This document shows, one piece after another, positions 1 to 7,903 of a stretch of 25,893 nucleotides of DNA. Each line of letters begins with the position of its first letter. Within the stretch, counting starts at the first letter, position 1. The position numbers and the translations under genes are program-made. Source of the DNA: a virus; the UHGV virus genome UHGV-1613375; one strand, given 5' to 3'. Below the pieces are notes generated by a model. The model worked only from the letters and a program-made list of their open reading frames with translations. It was not told the DNA's origin and ran no database searches.

Positions 1-759
1 GCTGGCGCATTGTCTGACTGGTTACTGCGCCATGTTAAATCCTGCCAGTGGCCACACGGCGATTATCACCACAGTGAAACCGTCATTCACCGTTATGGTG
101 CCGGCGCAATGGTGTTGTGCTGGCACTGCGATAACCAGCTGCGCGATCAGTTCACGGAACGGCTGGAATCAATGGCAACGGATAACTGTGCCCGCTGGGT
201 GTTGTCTGTTGTGCGTCGGGATCTCGGTTTTGATGATAGTCACGTTGTGACAATGCCGGAACTGTGCTGGTGGCTGATTCGTAATGACCTGGCGGATGCC
301 TTACCGGAAAGTGCAGCCCGTAAGGCACTGAGATTACCGAAGCCTGTTGTGCCATCTGTCACCCGGGAAAGTGACCTTGTGCCTTCAGTTCCTGCCACCA
401 GCATCATCCAGGATAAAGCGAAAAAGGTGCTGGTACTGAAAGTGGATCCGGAGTCGCCGGAGTCTTTTATGTTACGCCCAAAACGTCGCCGCTGGGTTAA
501 TGAAAAGTACACGCACTGGGTTAAGACGCAGCCGTGCGCATGTTGTGGAAAGCCTGCTGATGATGCCCACCACCTGATAGGTCACGGTCAGGGTGGAATG
601 GGTACAAAAGCGCATGACCTCTTTGTGTTGCCTTTGTGCAGAAAGCATCACGACGAGCTGCATGCGGATACCGTGGTATTTGAAGAGAAGTATGGCTCCC
701 AGTTGGAGCTGATATTTCGTTTTATTGATCGTGCGCTGGCAATTGGCGTGCTGGCGTAA
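1..759 (+). CDS. DUF968/YdfU-like prophage protein with C-terminal Cys/His (HNH-like) motif; 5' end truncated by the window
   Basis: Frame is open from nt 1 with no in-window ATG start; the track start at 10 is TTG. C-terminus has CACCGKP...HHLIGH...CRKHHDELH, a zinc-ribbon/HNH-like arrangement. Sits directly upstream of a Q-like gene, as ydfU does relative to quuQ in the Qin prophage (recalled, not searched). Confidence 0.5.
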   Translation, partial: AGALSDWLLRHVKSCQWPHGDYHHSETVIHRYGAGAMVLCWHCDNQLRDQFTERLESMATDNCARWVLSVVRRDLGFDDSHVVTMPELCWWLIRNDLADALPESAARKALRLPKPVVPSVTRESDLVPSVPATSIIQDKAKKVLVLKVDPESPESFMLRPKRRRWVNEKYTHWVKTQPCACCGKPADDAHHLIGHGQGGMGTKAHDLFVLPLCRKHHDELHADTVVFEEKYGSQLELIFRFIDRALAIGVLA

Positions 760-773
760 GTGGAGAACTCTAA

Positions 774-1352
774 ATGATTAATCCTTCTGAAATTGGCAAA
801 ACGGGTGAAATGGTTCGTCTTCGTACTCTGGAAAGTATCTGGGTTCAGGGGAAGCTCCGCATGTGGGGGCGTTGGTCTTATATCAGTGGAGGGACTAGCG
901 GTAACATGTTTAACCAACTGCTTGTATCCAGCAAAATTACCAAAACTGCAATCAACGATGCGCTGCGCCGTATGAAAAAGTCAGGCATTACGAAACCAGA
1001 GCTCGAAGCTTATTTGCGCGAAATACTCAACAGTAAAAACAAAAGTAGTCTGGCGTTTTGCTCGGACGATGAAGGCCTGAAGATTGACGGTGTGATCGCC
1101 TCGGTGCTGATGAATAATGATTACCGTTCTCTATACGGTGTGATTGTTGGCCGGTATTGTCTGCGTAAGAGCAAGTTGCAAATGGCCAATGAGCTTCATA
1201 TTAAACATCCTGACTGGGCGCTCATTACCTGTCGCCGCCGAGTTGACACATGGATAAGTTTGGCCGAATCGCTCCTGTACGCTCCACTATGTGATGCGTT
1301 TGGCACAAATAGCGACAGATTTAAATTGCAAAGTGAGCAAGAAAGTGCTTGA
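774..1352 (+). CDS. Putative late-gene antitermination protein Q
   Basis: 192-aa ORF with GGAG 8 nt upstream of the ATG. Lies between the nin-region protein and the lysis cassette and is followed by a terminator hairpin, the canonical Q / PR' / tR' position. Family assigned by position and general resemblance only. Confidence 0.5.
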   Translation: MINPSEIGKTGEMVRLRTLESIWVQGKLRMWGRWSYISGGTSGNMFNQLLVSSKITKTAINDALRRMKKSGITKPELEAYLREILNSKNKSSLAFCSDDEGLKIDGVIASVLMNNDYRSLYGVIVGRYCLRKSKLQMANELHIKHPDWALITCRRRVDTWISLAESLLYAPLCDAFGTNSDRFKLQSEQESA

Positions 1353-1402
1353 ATTGTGATAAGCTCGGGACGAAAAGCGAACTGAGCAACATAATAGTAA
1401 GA

Positions 1403-1430
1403 ACCCGCCATTGTGCGGGTTTTTGCGTTT
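1403..1430 (+). terminator. Rho-independent terminator (tR'-like) downstream of Q
   Basis: ACCCGC(1403-1408) / GCGGGT(1415-1420), 6-bp stem with 6-nt loop CATTGT, followed by TTTTGCGTTT. Confidence 0.6.
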
Positions 1431-1491
1431 AGGAAAGGCTTGCCAAAAAGAATGATGTTATAGTTTTCGAAAAAAATGCAGGAGAATAAAA

Positions 1492-2883
1492 ATGCTCTGT
1501 GGAGGTCTTTCTTTGCGAGACTTTATGCATAAACTGCATAAAGTTTTGCGACCAACGGGTCCAGTTGTTTCTATGGAACTGTTATTTGGACGTGAAAAAC
1601 ATGTAACCGATCTCGAATTGGCGCTTTATGCTACAGGTCGGCATGCTTTCATTTATGGTGATCGCGGAGTAGGAAAGACATCCTTAGCGCAAACTGTTGC
1701 TTTTAAGCTGCAGGAAGATGCTGAACCTATTTTGGTTGGCTGCGAGAAAGAATCCACTTTTTCAAGTGTCATGAATGACATTATTTTGCGAGGCACACCT
1801 CAGGATAAGAAAATCGATACACAGGGATGGAGCTTTGGCTTAAATGTGGCTGGAATTGGTGGTATCAATGCTGGTCAAAATCAAAAATATAATTATCCAG
1901 AACTGAAAATTGACTCAGTTTCTGCAGCCGTTCGGGCGTTGCAATTTTTAACTAAAGTTCACTCAAAGATTCCTTATATAGTTATCGATGAGTTTGACCA
2001 AATTGACTCTGATGAAGAACGACAAAAGTTTGGATCACTCATTAAACAACTTGGTGATCAGGCGTGTGAAGTAAAATTAATTTTTACGGGGATTGGTGAT
2101 TCTCTCGTTACTTTAATCGGAGGGCATAAATCAAGTGAGCGACAAATACATCAGGTACATCTCGATAGTTTACCATGGAATGGTCGTTTTCAAATAATTG
2201 ATAATGCTTTCGATGAGTTTGGCCTGACTGTCGATGATTCTGTCCGCTATAAAATTGCGGGTCTTAGTGACGGGTTCCCGAACTACATTCATCTTATTTG
2301 TGAAAAAATCCTTTTAACATGTCAAAGCTCAATACGTGAATACAGCTCTGTTGATTACAACCTTTTCATTAAAGGGTTAAATGATGCAATTGATTCAGTC
2401 TCGGAAACTTTAAGGCAAAGTTACACGGATGCAACAGAGGGACGTGATGAGTCATATAAGCATATTCTTTGGGCTATGTCCGATATGGCTGATTTGACCA
2501 GACATAAGACTCATATATCAGAATCGTACGTTAAAATTTGCAAATCGCTTGATGTAACACCTTTAGATAAATCCACGTTTGAGCGAAAGTTCAATGCATT
2601 GAAGAAACCGACATTTGGATGCATCATCATCCCTGCTTTAGGGAATCGTCCATCTTGGTTTCGATTTAGAGAAAACATGCTTCGTGGTTATATTCGAATG
2701 AGAGCGGAGCAGCATGGACTTGAGTTGGACTTCCAAAATTATCGTGTTGCTGGAGAGCATTCTGCTAGGGCTATAGGCAAATACTCTGCTTATAAACCGT
2801 TAACTAATGTTGAAGGACGAGTAGCCAAGCTAAGAGGTGATAACGACTGGCTTGACGACATAAAACCAAATCCTATTAAGTGA
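1492..2883 (+). CDS. Orc1/Cdc6-like (Arch_ATPase/AAA_16-type) P-loop NTPase with probable C-terminal winged-helix region; AT-rich cargo gene of unknown function
   Basis: SD CAGGAG at 1479-1484, 7 nt before the ATG. Walker A GDRGVGKTS (aa 56-64), Walker B YIVIDEFD (aa ~162-169), N-terminal LFGREKH motif and GLSDGFPNYIHL sensor-like motif, as in archaeal-type AAA+ ATPases (recalled family logo). Much more AT-rich than the flanking phage genes (by eye) and bracketed by terminators at 1403-1430 and 2907-2935. Confidence 0.8.
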   Translation: MLCGGLSLRDFMHKLHKVLRPTGPVVSMELLFGREKHVTDLELALYATGRHAFIYGDRGVGKTSLAQTVAFKLQEDAEPILVGCEKESTFSSVMNDIILRGTPQDKKIDTQGWSFGLNVAGIGGINAGQNQKYNYPELKIDSVSAAVRALQFLTKVHSKIPYIVIDEFDQIDSDEERQKFGSLIKQLGDQACEVKLIFTGIGDSLVTLIGGHKSSERQIHQVHLDSLPWNGRFQIIDNAFDEFGLTVDDSVRYKIAGLSDGFPNYIHLICEKILLTCQSSIREYSSVDYNLFIKGLNDAIDSVSETLRQSYTDATEGRDESYKHILWAMSDMADLTRHKTHISESYVKICKSLDVTPLDKSTFERKFNALKKPTFGCIIIPALGNRPSWFRFRENMLRGYIRMRAEQHGLELDFQNYRVAGEHSARAIGKYSAYKPLTNVEGRVAKLRGDNDWLDDIKPNPIK

Positions 2884-2906
2884 CGATTAATGTGAATAAT
2901 TAAATC

Positions 2907-2935
2907 AGGCTGCCTTCGGGTGGCCTTTTTATTTC
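2907..2935 (+). terminator. Rho-independent terminator after the NTPase gene
   Basis: AGGCTGCC(2907-2914) / GGTGGCCT(2919-2926), 8-bp stem including two G-U pairs, UUCG tetraloop, then TTTTTATTT. Confidence 0.7.
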
Positions 2936-2979
2936 CAACACAGCACCCGCAAATAATCGCAGGTGAGAGATAACTACAA

Positions 2980-3315
2980 ATGCCTCATAACCCAAATACT
3001 TGGCCGGACTGGCTGGAGTTGTTCCAGAGCTGGTGGCGTGGAGACACCCCGCTGGGGGCAGTGATTATGTCGATCGTTATGGCTGGTTTGCGTATCGCCT
3101 ATTTTGGCGGAGGTGGTGGCTGGAAGCGAAAAACGCTCGAGATTTTGCTCTGTGGTGCTCTGACGCTGACTTTTGCATCCGCGCTTGAGTATGTCGGATG
3201 GCCTAAATCGCTTTCTGTTGCCATTGGTGGTGGCGTTGGGCTGATCGGTGTTGATGCCATTCGTGGAGCTGCAATGCGAGTAATCGGTAATAAGTTTAGT
3301 GGCTCTAAGGAGTAA
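2980..3315 (+). CDS. Holin, divergent lambda S-like, three predicted transmembrane segments
   Basis: 111 aa immediately upstream of the endolysin. Three hydrophobic segments and a charged C-terminus; the LR..Y.GG....K pattern resembles lambda S (recalled). Confidence 0.65.
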   Translation: MPHNPNTWPDWLELFQSWWRGDTPLGAVIMSIVMAGLRIAYFGGGGGWKRKTLEILLCGALTLTFASALEYVGWPKSLSVAIGGGVGLIGVDAIRGAAMRVIGNKFSGSKE

Positions 3316-3318
3316 TTT

Positions 3319-3795
3319 ATGCAGATACTAAATTCCCAGCGTAAAGCTTTCCTCGATATGGTGGCATGGTCAGAAGGAACGGATAACGGACGGCAGAAAA
3401 CCAGAAATCATGGTTATGACGTCATTGTAGGCGGAGAGCTATTTACTGATTACTCCGATCACCCTCGCAAACTTGTCACGCTAAACCCCAAACTCAAATC
3501 AACAGCCGCCGGGCGTTATCAGCTTCTTTCACGCTGGTGGGATGCTTACCGTAAACAGCTTGGTTTGAAAGACTTCTCCCCCAAAAGCCAGGACGCAGTG
3601 GCATTGCAGCAGATTAAAGAGCGTGGCGCTTTACCGATGATTGATCGCGGTGATATTCGTCAGGCTATCGACCGTTGCAGCAATATCTGGGCTTCACTGC
3701 CGGGGGCTGGTTACGGTCAGTTCGAGCATAAGGCTGACAGCCTGATTGCAAAATTTAAAGAAGCTGGCGGAACGGTCAGAGAGATGGAGGCATGA
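3319..3795 (+). CDS. R: Endolysin, lambda R-type lytic transglycosylase
   Basis: 158 aa, near-identical over most of its length to lambda R as recalled ([47 protein letters not shown]...). Confidence 0.95.
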   Translation: MQILNSQRKAFLDMVAWSEGTDNGRQKTRNHGYDVIVGGELFTDYSDHPRKLVTLNPKLKSTAAGRYQLLSRWWDAYRKQLGLKDFSPKSQDAVALQQIKERGALPMIDRGDIRQAIDRCSNIWASLPGAGYGQFEHKADSLIAKFKEAGGTVREMEA

Positions 3796-4259
3796 GCAGA
3801 GTCACCGCGATTATCTCCGCTCTGGTTATCTGCATCATCGTCTGCCTGTCATGGTCTGTTAATCATTACCGTGACAACGCCATCACCTATAAAGACCAGC
3901 GCGATAAAAAAGTTAGTGAGCTGCAGCTGGCGACCGCCACCATTACTGACATGCAGCAGCGCCAGCGTGATGCTGATGCACTTGATGCTAAATACACGAA
4001 GGAGTTAGCTGATGCGAAAGCTGAAAATGATGCTCTTCGGCGCAAGCTTGATAATGGTGGTAGGGTGCTCGTCAAAGGCAGATGTCCAGTGCCAGCCACA
4101 ACAAAAGCCTCCGGCACCGCCAGCGTGGGCAATGATGCCACCGTCGAACTCTCTCCAATTGCTGGACGAAACCTTCTCGGTATCAGATCCGGAATTATCA
4201 GAGATCAAGCATCATTGAGAGCGTTACAGGAATATATTGACACTCAGTGTCGGAAGTAA
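3792..4259 (+). CDS. Rz: Inner-membrane spanin Rz (i-spanin)
   Basis: ATGA overlap with the R stop. N-terminus [31 protein letters not shown] matches lambda Rz (recalled); N-terminal TM segment followed by a coiled-coil-like region. Confidence 0.9.
   Translation: MSRVTAIISALVICIIVCLSWSVNHYRDNAITYKDQRDKKVSELQLATATITDMQQRQRDADALDAKYTKELADAKAENDALRRKLDNGGRVLVKGRCPVPATTKASGTASVGNDATVELSPIAGRNLLGIRSGIIRDQASLRALQEYIDTQCRK
4012..4218 (+). CDS. Rz1: Outer-membrane lipoprotein spanin Rz1 (o-spanin), embedded in Rz in the +1 frame
   Basis: [19 protein letters not shown]: signal peptide with lipobox Cys, then a proline-rich segment ([13 protein letters not shown]), closely resembling lambda Rz1. Fully nested inside Rz. 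Confidence 0.85.
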   Translation: MRKLKMMLFGASLIMVVGCSSKADVQCQPQQKPPAPPAWAMMPPSNSLQLLDETFSVSDPELSEIKHH

Positions 4260-4325
4260 ACTCTTTTGCTGGAATAAATAGTTATTGCGAATAGGTGCTG
4301 CTAAATGTTGGTTGCTTGTGTAAAA

Positions 4326-4359
4326 TATAGTGGTAAGGTGTCTTTTTTATAGTGGTAAG
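4326..4359 (+). repeat. Two perfect 12-bp direct repeats TATAGTGGTAAG, 22 bp apart, immediately upstream of the second cargo ORF
   Basis: Copies at 4326-4337 and 4348-4359, each containing a -10-like TATAGT; the second ends 5 nt before the ATG at 4365. Confidence 0.6.
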
Positions 4360-4364
4360 TACGC

Positions 4365-4973
4365 ATGGACTATTTTTACATAGCAACTAAATCGCAAAAT
4401 CCTTGGGTTAAGTATAGGCCTTTGGCAGTAGGAGATTTAGCTAGCACCTCATTCCCAAATCCCTTTTTTAATTATTTCTTAAGTTCAAACATCCCTCCAA
4501 TACCAGTAAATGTTAACGGGCATCTAACTGACTATACGAGAATGCAGTGGCTTTATGGCCTAAAGACAGGGTCACTTACTACTAAGTGTTCTGTACAGGA
4601 TATAGCGGCAGTTGGTCAAGAATTGGCTATGCATTTTTGTAAATATACTAGAGAACTGATTTGGGAAGCCGTTCGAGTTGAATATTACCCAAAAAAGCCT
4701 TCAAGACAGAAATGCTTATGGGTTTCACAAGGTGAAGAAAGTCTTTACTATTGGATTTCGCAGTTGGGATTGGGGGACAATCAGACTGTGTTCAGAGTTG
4801 AGTTGGATGGAGTTATACATGAGGCGAGTGATGAACATTTGATGAATGACGATATACCGTATGATATTGCCTTAGAAAAAGCTCATAAATATTGGAGTGG
4901 TGAAATAGTTGATCCGTTAAAAAAGGAAATACTTTTTGAAGGAAATATGCGGATTCTAGAGCACATTTTATAG
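4365..4973 (+). CDS. Hypothetical protein, AT-rich cargo gene between lysis cassette and HNH/terminase; no recognisable motif
   Basis: 202-aa ORF in an AT-rich island (by eye) with AT-rich flanks, followed by a weak hairpin plus T6. No signal peptide, TM segment or catalytic motif recognised. Confidence 0.6.
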   Translation: MDYFYIATKSQNPWVKYRPLAVGDLASTSFPNPFFNYFLSSNIPPIPVNVNGHLTDYTRMQWLYGLKTGSLTTKCSVQDIAAVGQELAMHFCKYTRELIWEAVRVEYYPKKPSRQKCLWVSQGEESLYYWISQLGLGDNQTVFRVELDGVIHEASDEHLMNDDIPYDIALEKAHKYWSGEIVDPLKKEILFEGNMRILEHIL

Positions 4974-4992
4974 CCGCCTTCTGGCGTTTTTT
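4973..4992 (+). terminator. Weak terminator-like hairpin plus T-run after the cargo ORF
   Basis: CGCC(4975-4978) / GGCG(4983-4986), 4-bp GC stem with TTCT loop, followed by TTTTTT (4987-4992). Confidence 0.3.
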
Positions 4993-5044
4993 GTTGCCAT
5001 CACCATGGACAAACATCATCGTGATGATTGCAGGAAAACTTTAA

Positions 5045-5395
5045 ATGCCACCACGAACCCCAAAAGCCTGCCGTGTTCGCGGCTGCCGCAATACCACGAC
5101 TGATCCGTCAGGCTACTGCGAAAGCCACAAAAGCGAAGGCTGGAAGCAATACAAGCCAGGACAATCCCGTCATCAGCGCGGTTATGGTTCGAAATGGGAT
5201 GTTATCCGTGAACGTGTGCTCAAGCGTGACAAAGGCCTGTGTCAGTTATGTCTGCGTGCTGGTGTGGTGCGTGAGGCGAAAACCGTTGATCACATCATCC
5301 CTAAAGCGCATGGCGGCACCGATGCAGACAGTAATCTGCAGAGCCTGTGCTGGCCGTGTCATAAGGCGAAGACGGCCCGTGAACGGCTGAAGTAA
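5045..5395 (+). CDS. HNH endonuclease, terminase-associated
   Basis: 116 aa with Cys/His pairs (CRVRGC...C..H, CQLC...H.IP..HGG....NLQSLCWPCH), a classic phage HNH fold, located directly upstream of terS/terL as in HK97-like cos phages. Confidence 0.85.
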   Translation: MPPRTPKACRVRGCRNTTTDPSGYCESHKSEGWKQYKPGQSRHQRGYGSKWDVIRERVLKRDKGLCQLCLRAGVVREAKTVDHIIPKAHGGTDADSNLQSLCWPCHKAKTARERLK

Positions 5396-5421
5396 GAACC
5401 AGTTCCCACTGCCAGAGGGGA

Positions 5422-5480
5422 GGGGCGGGTCAAATCCCTGTGACCTGACGTCTTCCGGACTGCCCGCCCCATCGTTTTTT
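5422..5480 (+). other. GC-rich inverted repeat GGGGCGGG / CCCGCCCC (33-nt loop) followed by T7; candidate cos/packaging region or terminator
   Basis: GGGGCGGG at 5422-5429 pairs with CCCGCCCC at 5463-5470, followed by ATCGTTTTTTT. Lies between the HNH gene and terS, where cos sits in HK97-like phages; GGGGCGGGTC loosely resembles the lambda cohesive end GGGCGGCGACCT (recalled). Confidence 0.35.
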
Positions 5481-5520
5481 TATACCCGCGAAAAATGAAA
5501 TTTAACCAGGAGTGCCGCAT

Positions 5521-6015
5521 ATGGCTGGAACGGCGGGGCGTTCCGGGCGTCGCCCCAAGCCAACGGCGCGCAAGGCGCTGGCCGGAAACCCCGGCAAGCG
5601 AGCCCTGAATAAAGATGAACCTGTTTTTACGCCCATCAAAGGTGTTGAGCCACCGGAGTGGTTCGCTGAAGAAGATCTCCCTCTCGCCACGATCATGTGG
5701 CAACTGACAACCAAAGAACTCTGTGGTCAGGGCCTGCTGTGCGTGACTGACCTCGCGGTGCTTGAGCGGTGGTGCGTGGCCTACGAGTTCTGGCGACGTG
5801 CCGTGAAAAATATTGCCAGACAGGGCAACACCATCATCGGTGCAATGGGCGGCAGGGTCAAAAATCCGGAGCTGACCGCCAAAAAAGAACAGGAGTCCGA
5901 GATGAACAGTACGGGGGCAATGCTCGGACTCGACCCCAGCAGCCGCCAGCGTCTGATTGGCCTGGCGGGGCAGAAGAAAGCCACTAACCCGTTTCTGAAA
6001 ATCATCGAATCATGA
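5521..6015 (+). CDS. Terminase small subunit (P27-family-like)
   Basis: SD AGGAG at 5508-5512 with ATG at 5521; the track's start at 5512 is GTG. Basic N-terminus; ATGA overlap with the large-subunit start. Confidence 0.7.
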   Translation: MAGTAGRSGRRPKPTARKALAGNPGKRALNKDEPVFTPIKGVEPPEWFAEEDLPLATIMWQLTTKELCGQGLLCVTDLAVLERWCVAYEFWRRAVKNIARQGNTIIGAMGGRVKNPELTAKKEQESEMNSTGAMLGLDPSSRQRLIGLAGQKKATNPFLKIIES

Positions 6016-7745
6016 GCCGGAAATCTTACCCCAACGTAAATGCTGCCAATCAGTATGCCCGTGATGTCGTGCGCGGAAAGATTGTGGCCTGCCAGTTTGT
6101 GATTCAGGCCTGCCAGCGCCATCTTGATGACCTGATGGAGGAAAAAAGTAAGTTGTTTCGTTACCGCTTCGACAAGGACCTGGCTGAACGGGCCGCGAAA
6201 TTTATTCAGCTGTTGCCGCACACCAAGGGTGAGTGGGCATTCAAGAGGATGCCCATCACGCTGGAGCCGTGGCAGCTCTTTGTGATCTGCTGTGCGTTTG
6301 GCTGGGTCAATAAAGGCTCCCGGCTGCGCCGCTTCAGGGAGGTGTATACCGAAATCCCTCGTAAGAACGGCAAATCGGCAATCTCTGCCGGTGTTGCCCT
6401 GTATTGTTTTGCCTGTGATAACGAGTTTGGCGCGGAAGTGTATTCCGGTGCCACGACAGAGAAACAGGCGTGGGAAGTCTTTCGCCCGGCTCGACTGATG
6501 TGTAAACGCACACCCATGCTGACGGAAGCGTTCGGGATTGAGGTTAACGCCTCAAACATGAACCGTCCGGAGGATGGCGCGCGGTTTGAACCGCTGATCG
6601 GTAACCCCGGTGATGGTTCATCACCCCACTGTGCGGTGGTGGATGAATATCACGAGCACGCCACCGATGCGCTTTATACCACGATGCTTACCGGGATGGG
6701 GGCGCGACGTCAGCCACTGATGTGGGCTATCACCACCGCCGGATACAACATTGAGGGGCCGTGCTACGACAAACGGCGGGAAGTCATCGAGATGCTCAAC
6801 GGTTCGGTACCCAACGATGAACTGTTCGGGATCATCTATACCGTTGATGAAGGTGATGACTGGACCGACCCGCAGGTGCTGGAAAAAGCCAATCCAAATA
6901 TTGGCGTGTCGGTTTATCGCGAATTTTTGTTAAGTCAGCAGCAGCGTGCGAAAAATAACGCCCGTCTGGCAAACGTCTTTAAAACAAAACACCTCAATAT
7001 CTGGGTGTCGGCGCGTTCGGCGTATTTCAACCTGGTGAGCTGGCAGAGCTGCGAGGATAAATCATTGACCCTTGAGCAGTTCGAGGGGCAGCCGTGCATT
7101 CTGGCCTTTGACCTGGCGCGTAAGCTGGATATGAACAGCATGGCGCGACTTTATACCCGCGAGATTGACGGTAAAACGCATTACTACAGTGTGGCCCCGC
7201 GTTTCTGGGTACCGTATGACACGGTGTACAGCGTCGAGAAAAATGAAGATCGACGGACAGCCGAACGCTTTCAGAAATGGGTGGAAATGGGCGTTCTGAC
7301 CGTTACCGATGGTGCGGAGGTGGATTATCGCTACATCCTCGAGGAGGCCAAAGCGGCGAACAAAATCAGCCCGGTCAGTGAGTCACCCATCGACCCCTTC
7401 GGGGCGACCGGGTTGTCACATGACCTTGCTGATGAAGACCTGAACCCCATCACTATCATTCAGAACTACACCAACATGTCCGATCCGATGAAAGAGCTGG
7501 AAGCGGCGATTGAATCGGGGCGCTTTCATCATGACGGCAATCCCATCATGACCTGGTGTATCGGCAACGTGGTCGGCAAAACCATTCCTGGTAACGATGA
7601 TGTGGTGAAGCCTGTCAAGGAGCAGGCGGAAAACAAAATCGATGGTGCGGTTGCACTGATTATGGCGATCGGTCGGGCAATGCTCAAAGAACCCGACGAT
7701 TTCCTCTCATCTCTTGATCCGGACGATGCTCTCTTAATTCTATGA
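6012..7745 (+). CDS. Terminase large subunit
   Basis: 577 aa in canonical position after TerS; ATPase plus nuclease-sized protein with acidic motifs ([16 protein letters not shown]) consistent with terminase. Confidence 0.85.
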   Translation: MSRKSYPNVNAANQYARDVVRGKIVACQFVIQACQRHLDDLMEEKSKLFRYRFDKDLAERAAKFIQLLPHTKGEWAFKRMPITLEPWQLFVICCAFGWVNKGSRLRRFREVYTEIPRKNGKSAISAGVALYCFACDNEFGAEVYSGATTEKQAWEVFRPARLMCKRTPMLTEAFGIEVNASNMNRPEDGARFEPLIGNPGDGSSPHCAVVDEYHEHATDALYTTMLTGMGARRQPLMWAITTAGYNIEGPCYDKRREVIEMLNGSVPNDELFGIIYTVDEGDDWTDPQVLEKANPNIGVSVYREFLLSQQQRAKNNARLANVFKTKHLNIWVSARSAYFNLVSWQSCEDKSLTLEQFEGQPCILAFDLARKLDMNSMARLYTREIDGKTHYYSVAPRFWVPYDTVYSVEKNEDRRTAERFQKWVEMGVLTVTDGAEVDYRYILEEAKAANKISPVSESPIDPFGATGLSHDLADEDLNPITIIQNYTNMSDPMKELEAAIESGRFHHDGNPIMTWCIGNVVGKTIPGNDDVVKPVKEQAENKIDGAVALIMAIGRAMLKEPDDFLSSLDPDDALLIL

Positions 7746-7903
7746 AATCAATAATTGCTGATGTTATCGGGCTGGCTGGTTTTGGCCTGCTTACGTGCGG
7801 GTTTTACCTGCAGTTTGGTATGGCTCCGGCTCTGATGCTGTCCGGCGGTTTACTGCTGGTGGGCGCACTGGCTATGGCCAGAAGGGGGGCGCGTGCTGCT
7901 TGA
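7742..7903 (+). CDS. Small hydrophobic ORF (53 aa, two predicted TM helices) between terminase and portal
   Basis: ATG at 7742 overlaps the TerL stop (ATGA) and its TGA stop overlaps the portal start, suggesting translational coupling. Encodes [53 protein letters not shown]. Below the 60-aa cutoff of the ORF track. Confidence 0.35.
   Translation: MKSIIADVIGLAGFGLLTCGFYLQFGMAPALMLSGGLLLVGALAMARRGARAA

Noticed and set aside
1492-2883. Possibility that the NTPase is an IS21 IstB-like helper or a phage replication/packaging ATPase
   Set aside because: It is not adjacent to any transposase, and it lies in the late region well away from the replication and packaging genes; its motif set (FGREKH, GLSDGFP) fits the Orc1/Cdc6-like archaeal-type ATPase class better. 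This is judged from motifs only and remains to be tested by profile search.
3000-3188. 62-aa alternate-frame ORF inside the holin gene
   Set aside because: Nested out-of-frame within the holin; unlike Rz1 in Rz, it has no lipobox or other functional signature and no SD.
5014-5028. Short palindrome ATCATC-GT-GATGAT upstream of the HNH gene
   Set aside because: Only 6-bp arms in an AT-rich context; too short to separate from chance without comparative data.
5028-5390. 120-aa + strand ORF overlapping the HNH endonuclease gene in another frame
   Set aside because: Fully overlapped by the HNH ORF, which has clear Cys/His catalytic motifs; the alternate-frame product is Ala/Arg-rich, typical of an out-of-frame translation of GC-rich coding DNA.
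5781-6221. 146-aa minus-strand ORF across the terS/terL junction
   Set aside because: Antisense to two well-supported packaging genes in a strictly co-oriented operon; no SD; sequence looks like frame noise.
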